DNA of 64,000 nt, from assembly GCA_965223325.1 (NCBI GenBank), contig CBDCWI010000001.1, forward strand, positions 384,001-448,000, in the 5' to 3' direction. Positions 30,139 through 40,050 of the stretch are shown piece after piece. The notes below the pieces were generated by a model. The model ran no database searches and had not been told where the DNA came from. It was given only the letters and a program-made list of their open reading frames with translations. This DNA is from Candidatus Multivoradales bacterium (GTDB lineage Bacteria > Acidobacteriota > Thermoanaerobaculia > Multivoradales > Multivoraceae). How positions within the stretch are numbered: the stretch's first letter is position 1; each line of letters opens with the position of its first letter. Made by a program: the position numbers and the translations under genes.

Positions 30139-31071
30139 TCAGTAGGTCGGAACGTCGTGATCGACTTCACGCGCCCAGGCGTCGATGCCACCCGAGAGGT
30201 TGTGAATGTCGCTGAAACCGCGCTGCTTGAATCGCTCGGCGAGCGCCTGAGAGCGCGCCCCCTTATGACAGTGAAACACCAGCGTCGCATCCCTCGGCAG
30301 CGCCTCGAGCTCACGCAGCACAGCCTCGCTGATGAGCTCGGCACCGGCGATCGATGCGGTCGCGTGTTCTTCCTCGGTCCGAACGTCGATCAAGCGGTGC
30401 GCGCGACCCTCGCGGCGCCATGCCTCGAGCTCGGCTACCTTGAGCTGCGGAACGGAAAGGTCGGGCGCATTCGGGTTCTGGATACGCAGTGCCATCCCCT
30501 GGGGCGTGTCCTGGACGTCGAGGAGCAGACCGGCTGCCCGAACTGCGCTGTCGCGATCGAGCAGGACTCGAACCCCATTGTTCTCTGCCGCGACCTCGCT
30601 GCCATCTGCGGGGCCAAAGAAGAGCATGTTGCGGTAGAGAGCATCAATGCCGAGATGGAGTTCACCATCCTGCTGCGCCGCCGCCTCGGTGAGGGCCTCG
30701 CGAGCAGCGTCGGTGATGGTGATCTCGGGCGGCGCGGCGGGAGGTGGGGAGATCCCCAGGACCTCGTGTAGCTCGCCGTTGCCGTACATCTCTGTTACCA
30801 CGTCACAGCCACCCTGGAACTCGCCGGCCACGTAGAGCTGGGGAATCGTTGGCCAGTCCGAGAAGACCTTGATGCCCTCGCGGACCTCCATGTCGGCAAG
30901 CACGTCAACGGTTCGGTAGTCGGGCAGAACTCGGTCGAGGATCTGGACGACCCGCGCCGAGAAGCCGCACTGCGGCTGGTCGCGGTTGCCCTTCATGAAG
31001 AGCACAACGGGCGCCGAGTCGACGATCGACTGCAGCTGCTCCTGGATCTGGGAATCGGGGGTCACGAACAT
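30139..31071 (-). CDS. grxD: Monothiol glutaredoxin (Grx4) fused to Cys-less A-type-carrier-like domain and rhodanese
   Basis: LFMKG..PQCGFS, WPTIPQLY, GGCD. Middle ITITDAA...IQNPNA. C-terminal LIDVR...FHCHKGARS...GGIDAW. Confidence 0.88.
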   Translation of the reverse strand: MFVTPDSQIQEQLQSIVDSAPVVLFMKGNRDQPQCGFSARVVQILDRVLPDYRTVDVLADMEVREGIKVFSDWPTIPQLYVAGEFQGGCDVVTEMYGNGELHEVLGISPPPAAPPEITITDAAREALTEAAAQQDGELHLGIDALYRNMLFFGPADGSEVAAENNGVRVLLDRDSAVRAAGLLLDVQDTPQGMALRIQNPNAPDLSVPQLKVAELEAWRREGRAHRLIDVRTEEEHATASIAGAELISEAVLRELEALPRDATLVFHCHKGARSQALAERFKQRGFSDIHNLSGGIDAWAREVDHDVPTY

Positions 31072-31338
31072 CTCTCCTATGAATCAGCGGCGCGGGGCTC
31101 ACTGTCGCCACCGGCGGGGCGCAACTGCCCGCGATCTTAGGCCATCGGGCAGCGGCGTGCTGACCCCCTTTAGAAGGCCCCGATCGTCAGGTCCCGCGGC
31201 GCCTTTCACCTGTTTCAGACCGACCGCAGACATGCCGTTTCTTGTCACCTGGACGCTCATCGGGGCACTTCCACGGCATCGTCGATCTAAAAGAATCGAT
31301 CATCCATACCTTTAAAACTTGTTTTCTTATCTTTTCTG

Positions 31339-31355
31339 TTGGTATTCTCTTTGCT
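31339..31355 (+). promoter_or_regulatory. Probable sigma54 promoter of the pilin-like gene
   Basis: TTGGTAT-TCTCT-TTGCT with GG-N10-GC spacing, preceded by an AT-rich tract (about 31285-31340). Confidence 0.6.
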
Positions 31356-31421
31356 TCTGAAGGACCCGCCGGTTCTCTTGCCCAGCACCCCTCCCAATCC
31401 GGCACATCAACAAGGACTTCC

Positions 31422-31952
31422 ATGATGCGCGTTCCCCGCCCCGCCAGCCGAAAACAAGGTGGCTTCACCCTGATCGAGCTGCTCGTCGTCGTCGCCGTGA
31501 TCGGCATCATCGCCTCGATCATGATCCCCAGCTTGATGTCCGCGATCCAGAAAGCCAAGCAGAAGCGCACCATCGCCGATATCAAGCTGATCGGCAACGC
31601 CTGGATGGGCTGGTTGACCGATGAGGTCGGGGCCGCAGCGGCCGGCGCGCCCCAGCAGTTCGAATGGGACCAGTTCACCCAGAAGACGGTGCCCGAAATG
31701 CAATCGCTCTTGATCCCCCAGTACATGACCGAGATTCCTACCAGGGATGGCTGGCGCCAGACCTACGGCTTCGGCATCGCCAGTGATCTCGAATCGCCGA
31801 TACCGATGGCGGTGCGCTCGAGCGGTTCGGACCATGAGTGGGAGGGCGACACCTACACCACCGGACCCTTCCCCGCCAACCGGTTCAGGAAGGACATCGT
31901 CTGGGCGGGTGGCTACTTCGTCCGCTGGCCAGAGGAAAGCAAAAAGGAGTAG
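31422..31952 (+). CDS. Type IV pilin / GspG-like prepilin
   Basis: Class III signal RKQGG|FTLIELLVVVAVIGII. GspG-like DGW...RSSG.D segment. Confidence 0.9.
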   Translation: MMRVPRPASRKQGGFTLIELLVVVAVIGIIASIMIPSLMSAIQKAKQKRTIADIKLIGNAWMGWLTDEVGAAAAGAPQQFEWDQFTQKTVPEMQSLLIPQYMTEIPTRDGWRQTYGFGIASDLESPIPMAVRSSGSDHEWEGDTYTTGPFPANRFRKDIVWAGGYFVRWPEESKKE

Positions 31953-32560
31953 CTGGGCTCGTGGTCTTGGCGGCCTCTGTAGAGCGGTCCAAGGTTGGAA
32001 TGGCGGTGCTGTTGGAGGAGCGACCTCCACATGTGGCTGGGCGTGTACCACGAGCCCAGCTACCGTCACATCTGCGGCGCAAGCGCTACGCAGCGACGGC
32101 CGGCTTCAAGCGCGCTCGCCCTCCACAGGCGATCAAGAACTGCCAAGGCACCGGCGCGCGCCGCGGATTCTTGCCCTCGTGAAACCAGCTGACCCGGCTC
32201 TCCACTCATGAGCGCGGGCGGCCTCTCTAGAGCGGTCCAAGGTTGGAATGGCGGTGCTGTTGGAGGAGCGACCTCCACATGTGGCTGGGCGTGTACCACG
32301 AGCCCAGCTACCGTCACATCTGCGGCGCAAGCGCTACGCAGCGACGGCCGGCTTCAAGCGCGCTCGCCCTGCACAGGCGATCAAGAACTGCCAAGGCACC
32401 GGCGCGCGCCGCGGATTCTTGCCGTCGTGAAACCAGCTGACCCGGCTCTCCACTCATGAGCGCGGGCGGCCACTGTAGAGCTGACTTTGGTTTGGTGGGC
32501 GGTGCTCTTGGAGGAGCGACCCCAACATGTGGCTGGGCACGTACCCCACGAGCCCTCGCT
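31949..32560 (+). repeat. Array A: 248-bp tandem repeat (2 near-identical units plus a degenerate partial third) with terminal inverted repeat
   Basis: Units start at 31969, 32217 and 32465; units 1 and 2 differ by about three substitutions. 31949-31965 is the reverse complement of 32047-32063. Confidence 0.93.
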
Positions 32561-32583
32561 TCGTTCACTAGCTGGCTGCCTCC

Positions 32584-33648
32584 TCAGCCCGCTGTTGACG
32601 GCGCTCCGACTCCCAGGCGCTCGAGTAGCTTGCGGGTGGCGATGATGCCTTCTTCTTCACGGAGGCGGTCGCCTTCGTACTCGACGCCGACCCAGCCGAC
32701 GTAGCCGGCTTGGCGAACGATCTCCATCATGCGGGCGAAATCGATCGTGGTCTCGTTGCCCGCTTCGTCGAAGTTGTAGCTCTTGGCGCTCACCGCTCTG
32801 GCGAGCGGCATCATCAACCGAACGCTCTGGTAGATGTCCTGGCCGGGTTCGAAATTGCCAAAGTCCGGAAGAGTGCCAACCAGTGGGTGGCCGGTGCGTT
32901 CCATGACCTCCATCAGCCAGGCGGCGTCGCTCGAGTAGCCGCCGTGGTTCTCAACCAGGATGTGGAGGCCCTGGTCTTCGGCACGTTCGCAGAGCCGGCG
33001 CAGGCCGTCGGCGGCATGAGCGAGCTGTTCTTCGCGGGTGCCGCTCGAGTAGGCGTTGACCCGAATGGCGTGACAGCCGAGGATCTCGGCCGCATCGAGC
33101 CAGCGTTGGTGACGCTCGACACTCGCCAGGCGGTCATCGAGGGCCGGCGCCCCCAGATCGCCCTCTCCGTCGCACATGATCAGCACATTCTCGGTGCCGG
33201 CATCGACCGCCCGATTGCGCAGTTCTCTCAGGTAGCCGCGGTCGTTGCCGTTGGCGTAGTAGAAGGTGTTGACGTACTCGACTCCGCCGAAACCGAGAGC
33301 CGCCGCGCGCGCAGGAAAGTCGAGTGGATCGAGCGGTCCTTCCAGAACCGTCGCGGGAGCTTCCCCTAGCCGACGGATGAACTCGTCGCCGGCGGCGTCG
33401 CCGAAGTCGGTGCGCCAATCTCCGAAGTGGCTGCGGTTGAGTGACCATTGGGCCAGGGAGAGCCTGCTGGGCGGTCCGTCGGATGCGGAAGTGGCGCTTG
33501 CCGCAGCCGCGGTCCCCAAAGAGGGTGCGGGCGGGGGTGAACCGCCCGCGGCTTCGTTTCTGCCTTCGTTGCAACCGGGCAGGGCGCTGGCCATGGCCAG
33601 AGCGGCGAGCGTGCGACCGGACGTGCCGAGGAACTCTCGTCTGTTCAT
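32584..33648 (-). CDS. Tat-exported sugar phosphate isomerase/epimerase (TIM barrel, AP_endonuc_2 type)
   Basis: MNRREFL twin-arginine signal. VENHGG, LPDFGNF, SAKS, GVEYEG. Confidence 0.9.
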   Translation of the reverse strand: MNRREFLGTSGRTLAALAMASALPGCNEGRNEAAGGSPPPAPSLGTAAAASATSASDGPPSRLSLAQWSLNRSHFGDWRTDFGDAAGDEFIRRLGEAPATVLEGPLDPLDFPARAAALGFGGVEYVNTFYYANGNDRGYLRELRNRAVDAGTENVLIMCDGEGDLGAPALDDRLASVERHQRWLDAAEILGCHAIRVNAYSSGTREEQLAHAADGLRRLCERAEDQGLHILVENHGGYSSDAAWLMEVMERTGHPLVGTLPDFGNFEPGQDIYQSVRLMMPLARAVSAKSYNFDEAGNETTIDFARMMEIVRQAGYVGWVGVEYEGDRLREEEGIIATRKLLERLGVGAPSTAG

Positions 33649-33752
33649 GACAACATGTTACGCCGCCCCGATGGCGATTGGGCCGGAATGTCTGAAGACC
33701 CCTTCGTGACGCCAGATGAGGTCGCCTGGCGAGAGCGCCGGGACTTCGCCGC

Positions 33753-35501
33753 CTACGGTTGAGTCTGCGACCAGGCTGTCGAATCGGCACTCTCGAAGTC
33801 GTCTTCGAACAGGTACTCGCCGACCTGAAAGAAGGCCGCGACCGGAGGCCCAAGCGCCCCGACCGCGTCTTCGGCCTGCAGCCAGAGCACGTGCCGACCG
33901 AGGGTGAGCCCGGTCGTATCGAGCGTCCCGGTGGCCTCCTCGGTGACCGCGTCGAAGCTTCCATCGGCCGCCAGGAGAGGCAGGCCAGCGGTCTCCCAGG
34001 GCGGCGTATCAACCGTCATCAAGACCGAGGCCACCGCCTGGGTCGGTTCGTCACCCTGGCCGCCGGAGTCGAAAAGGCTGTCGTCCGCCACCACGTCGAT
34101 GGTCAGCGAGCCACCCGGGGCCACGGTCTGCGCCGAGAGGACGAGGTCGAGAAGCTCCGGTCCAGAGGGCCACTGATAAGGGCGGCGCGCGGTGCGTGCC
34201 GCATAGAACAGCGCGTCGCGCACCAGTGGCCAGATCGTCGCCTCGAAGGTGCTGCACTGTTCGAAGAACGTGCTTCCGAGCTCGAAGGTGTAGGCAGGAA
34301 CGCCATAGACCCCATACGCCTGGTCAACCGTCGTGCCCGATGCCGTTCCAATACAGGAGTCGCACACCAACCAATCGGTGAAATAGCCGAACTTGCGCCC
34401 CAGGGTCTGCATGCCCGTTCTGTTTGGTGCGTTGCTAGCGTTGTCGTGCTCCCACGGAAAGAGCACCTGGCCACCGTACGAGTGCAGAGACAAAAAGACA
34501 CCTTCGGCATCCGACGGCGCGGCGTCGGTCGCCAGCGGCCCCCGCCAGTCGGTGAAGGTGCTCTCCATCCACTCCTCCAGCGCGATGGTCTCGGGCTCGC
34601 TACCGGCGGCATCGCCACGGAAGGTTTCGGCACACTCGGCGCCGCTCGAGCCACTCGCCAGGCCCCAGCCAAACGACGCGTTGCGATTGAGGTCGACGCC
34701 GCGGCTGTTGCCGTCGGCACAGAAGTCGTTGTTCTTGTTCTTACGCCACGACAGACCGGTCTCAGCCTGCTTGCGGCCGTCGGGGTTCTGGTGCGGGACG
34801 ATATGGACTTCGACGTTGTCGAGAATCCAGGTGATGTCGGCGTCGACCCCGTAGCCGTTGACCAGGAGCTCGGCAAAGCGGGTCGCACTCTCAGCAGTGG
34901 TGAGCTCCCGGGCATGCATCGCGGCACTGATCACCAGCGGGGATTTGCCGCTGACGTGGGTGTTGCCGATCACCAGAACGCCGAGGTCGTAGCCCGGCGC
35001 AACCCCTTCTTCTTTCTCCCAGCTGTCGCGCGAAAGGCTCTGCCAGGAGGCGAGACCGGGGTTGGCGGTCGCCAGCGCTTCGAGATCGGCGTAGGTCTCC
35101 TCCACTGTGCGGTAGCAGGAGCAGCCAGGAATACCGGTCGGACCCGACTGCCCACAGAGCCCGGTTCCCCGGGTGGCGGTGGGATCGAGGGCGCGGGTGC
35201 GCTCGGCGCTGGCCTCGAACGAGATCCCCCGCTCGGTGAGCCAGGAGCGATCGAGGGCGTCGGTCCCGATCTCGAAACGGAGAGCACCGGGCGAAAGAGA
35301 AGGTTCCACCAGGTACACGTCCAGGTGCTCCTGCAACTGCCCCGGCAGTTCTGGATCCGCGGTTTCGACGATGACCACCTGGAACTCAGAGGCCAGCAGG
35401 GCCGGCGAAAAGAGCTGCGCCAGAACAAGCAGAAGCAGACCGCACGGGGCGGTCGACCTGAGGGCGCGGGCGGTACCCGACCGCCAGAGGAAAGAACTCA
35501 T
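33753..35501 (-). CDS. Secreted M14 zinc carboxypeptidase with C-terminal LFxDxFES tail
   Basis: MHARE (HxxE), NPDGR, GVDLNRN, SEPET, SLHSY, FELG. Ends YLFEDDFESADSTAWS. Confidence 0.9.
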   Translation of the reverse strand: MSSFLWRSGTARALRSTAPCGLLLLVLAQLFSPALLASEFQVVIVETADPELPGQLQEHLDVYLVEPSLSPGALRFEIGTDALDRSWLTERGISFEASAERTRALDPTATRGTGLCGQSGPTGIPGCSCYRTVEETYADLEALATANPGLASWQSLSRDSWEKEEGVAPGYDLGVLVIGNTHVSGKSPLVISAAMHARELTTAESATRFAELLVNGYGVDADITWILDNVEVHIVPHQNPDGRKQAETGLSWRKNKNNDFCADGNSRGVDLNRNASFGWGLASGSSGAECAETFRGDAAGSEPETIALEEWMESTFTDWRGPLATDAAPSDAEGVFLSLHSYGGQVLFPWEHDNASNAPNRTGMQTLGRKFGYFTDWLVCDSCIGTASGTTVDQAYGVYGVPAYTFELGSTFFEQCSTFEATIWPLVRDALFYAARTARRPYQWPSGPELLDLVLSAQTVAPGGSLTIDVVADDSLFDSGGQGDEPTQAVASVLMTVDTPPWETAGLPLLAADGSFDAVTEEATGTLDTTGLTLGRHVLWLQAEDAVGALGPPVAAFFQVGEYLFEDDFESADSTAWSQTQP

Positions 35502-35518
35502 AGATAGAATTCTATCTA
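35501..35518. promoter_or_regulatory. Perfect 18-bp palindrome containing a -10 box at the M14 start
   Basis: TAGATAGAATTCTATCTA is its own reverse complement. The minus strand reads TAGAAT-N7-ATG. Confidence 0.65.
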
Positions 35519-35567
35519 AAAACTCCGAATTCTCCACCTGGCGCCTGCACGATCGCCCGTGAGGGCC

Positions 35568-37433
<1,866 letters not shown>

Positions 37434-37527
37434 GAAGGCCTTCCTTTCAACCGTCTGGAGCGGTGCGAGAACGTTCTCCATCGGGCGGTTCATGGGGTTT
37501 CCCGCAGCCTATCGAAGCCCTGCCAGC

Positions 37528-38923
37528 CCGCGTGCCACCCGGCGTGCCGACGAAGGAGTTCTCCCCCGACCTGCAGAGTCTCGCTTCGGCCGAAGACCCG
37601 TAGGTGCCCGCGGCCATACCCAGACGATCCTGTCCTCTCTCGAAACAACCGTTTCAACGAGCCACGAATCCGCCGCGCGCAACGGCCCACGGCAGGCTGG
37701 TACCGCAAGTGCCCCGGGCATGTCCCGGGCGTTTCCCGGGCGTTTCCCGGGCAATCGACTGGGGTGGTTCTGGGATTTCGCGGCACGAAAACCACTATCG
37801 CCACGGACTGCTTGCGCAGCAAGGGTGACGGCTAGCGGTCCGCGTGCTACACGACCTGCCGAAGAACCCACAACGCCACTCCAACCCACAGCCTGCCCCC
37901 AACAAGCACACCGAAACGGAGAAAACCCCCGACCTGCGCACTCTCACTTTGCTCGATCAAACAGGAGCCCGCGGCCACACCAGACGATCCTGTCCTCTTT
38001 CGAAACAACCGTTTCAACGAGCCACGAATCCGCCGCGCGCAACGGCCCACGGCAGGCTGGTACCGCAAGTGCCCCGGGCATGTCCCGGGCGTTTCCCGGG
38101 CGTTTCCCGGGCAATCGACTGGGGTGGTTCTGGGATTTCGCGGCACGAAAACCACTATCGCCACGGACTGCTTGCGCGGCAAGGGTGACGGCTAGCGGTC
38201 CGCGTGCTACACGACCTACCGACAGACCCAGAACGCTACTCCAACCCTAAGCCCGACCCCACCAGCACACCGAAACGGAGAAAACCCCCGACCTGCGCAC
38301 TCTCACTTTGCTCGATCAAACAGGAGCCCGCGGCCACACCAGACGATCCTGTCCTCTCTCGAAACAACCGTTTCAACGAGCCACGAATCCGCCGCGCGCA
38401 ACGGCCCGCGGCAGGCTGGTACCGCAAGTGACCCGGGCATCTCCCGGGCATTTCCCGGGCAATCGACTGGGGTGGTTCTGGGATTTCGCGGGTCAGAGGC
38501 CTGTGGCTGCTTTGACCCAGGGCGAAGAGCTCACGAGAACCGCCACCGCTGCGCACTGCTTGCCCGGCAAGGGTGGCGGCTAGAAGTCCGCGTGCTACGA
38601 CCTGCCGAAAAACCCAAACGCCACTCCAACCCACAGCAGGAGCCCGCGATCACACCAGACGATCCCAGTCCTCTCTCGAAAAAAGCGTTTCAACGAGCCA
38701 CGAATCCGCCGCGCGCAACGGCCTATGGCAGGCTGGTACCGCAAGTGCAGGGCGAAGAGCTCACGAAAATCACGATCGCCGCGGACTGCTTGCGCGGCAA
38801 GGGTGACGGCTAGCGGTCCGCGTGCTACACGACCTGCCAAAAACCCACCACGCCACTCCAACCCACAGCCTTCCCCCAACAAACACACCGAAACAACGGC
38901 CGCCAAGCACGCGGACCGCTAGC
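37528..38923 (-). repeat. Array B: about 360-bp tandem repeat (4 units plus a degenerate partial) with terminal inverted repeat
   Basis: Anchor CAGACGATCC at 37621, 37981, 38340 and 38656 (periods 360, 359, 316). Internal 11-bp CCCGGGC repeats. 38809-38826 is the reverse complement of 38906-38923. Confidence 0.93.
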
Positions 38924-40025
38924 TCAGTTCCAGCGCCTTCCAGTCCTGAGCGTGGTCGGCGTGGCGTTGGGCCATGGCCATGAACATGTCGTCGCCGCGT
39001 TCCGTGCGGCCGACGATCATCGAGGCGATGACGGCCATGATGAGGCCGGCGAAGGTCCCCAGCCGATAGTCGGCAATGAGGTCCTCGGTGGCGAACCGGA
39101 GGTGGCCCTGGCGTAGGGCGTCGGTGTAGGTGAGGAGGAGGGCGTTCTCGATCGGTCGTCGGGCCGCGGCGGGCATCGCCGCGCCAATGAAGTAGGCGAG
39201 GTCGGAGCCGGCCTGGCCGCAGCTCACGGTCTGCCAGTCGACGACGGAAACCAGAGGTGGGTCGTCGGAGGTCGTGAGCAGGTTGTCGAGGCGGTAGTCA
39301 CCGTGCACGACGGTCGGCGGTAGCGTTGCCAGATCGCGGCGGAAGAGTCGATCGCTGGCGGCGATTGCACGGCAGACCTCGAGTGCGTCGCTGGTGAGGC
39401 GACTGGCGTAGCGCTCGATGAACCCGGGCAGGACCTGGGAATAGAGGGCCTTGCTGGCCGCCAGGCGTTCCTGGTCGTGGGTGTCGAGCCATCTGAGTGT
39501 CGCGAGTCGGCTGGAGCCCCAGAGTGGCGCGTGCAGTCCTGCGAGCTCGCGAACCGCGGCGTGAGCGACCTCCGGGGTACAGCCTTGGATCTGGTCGCCC
39601 TGACGTGCCGGCGCGAGGTCTTCGAGCATCAAGGTGAAGTCAGGGCCTTCGCCGTCGATGGCCGCGAAATAGCAACGGGGTGTGCGAACAGCGAGGTCGG
39701 CAGCGAGCTCGCGAAAGAAGTGCACTTCTTTGAGGTAGCACTGCTGCTCCACGCCGGCGGCTCGACTCTCGGGATCGGGCGAAGCGAACTTGCCCACCAG
39801 AGACGTGGGAACGTCTGGGGGCGGCGGGCTTTCGAAGCGAAGCAAGAAGCGAACGCACTGCCCGACTTGACCAGTGCCAACACGCTCGGCTTCGAAGCCG
39901 GTGACCGCTGGGCTGTCGGGATGGTCGAGAGAGAGGAGGCGAGTGAGCCAGGGAGCGGACACCAGTCCTGGCTCCGCGATGAGCTCGAGGCCCTGGTAGG
40001 GGTCGTATTCTTGAACGCCGCTCAT
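38919..40025 (-). CDS. Aminoglycoside-phosphotransferase-fold kinase (ecdysteroid-kinase-like)
   Basis: VGTGQVG, KEVHFF, LEDLAP, VHGDYRLDN, VDWQT, DLAYF, ERGDDMF. Confidence 0.88.
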   Translation of the reverse strand: MSGVQEYDPYQGLELIAEPGLVSAPWLTRLLSLDHPDSPAVTGFEAERVGTGQVGQCVRFLLRFESPPPPDVPTSLVGKFASPDPESRAAGVEQQCYLKEVHFFRELAADLAVRTPRCYFAAIDGEGPDFTLMLEDLAPARQGDQIQGCTPEVAHAAVRELAGLHAPLWGSSRLATLRWLDTHDQERLAASKALYSQVLPGFIERYASRLTSDALEVCRAIAASDRLFRRDLATLPPTVVHGDYRLDNLLTTSDDPPLVSVVDWQTVSCGQAGSDLAYFIGAAMPAAARRPIENALLLTYTDALRQGHLRFATEDLIADYRLGTFAGLIMAVIASMIVGRTERGDDMFMAMAQRHADHAQDWKALELS

Positions 40026-40050
40026 GGGCGCCACAGTACTATCGACCGCG
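40026..40050. promoter_or_regulatory. Candidate bidirectional leaderless promoter
   Basis: 25-bp head-to-head spacer with TACTAT (40037-42) N8 ATG on + and TACTGT (40038-33) N7 ATG on -. No Shine-Dalgarno on either side. Confidence 0.55.

Noticed and set aside
31995-32568. Repeated 60-84-aa ORFs in array A as a peptide or RiPP array
   Set aside because: No RBS, ORFs occur on both strands, and homology to array B includes frame-breaking indels.
33759-35507. 582-aa + strand ORF (and similar long antisense ORFs at 54906-56339, 23243-24595, 50011-51279)
   Set aside because: High-GC shadow frames opposite well-supported genes, with no motifs.
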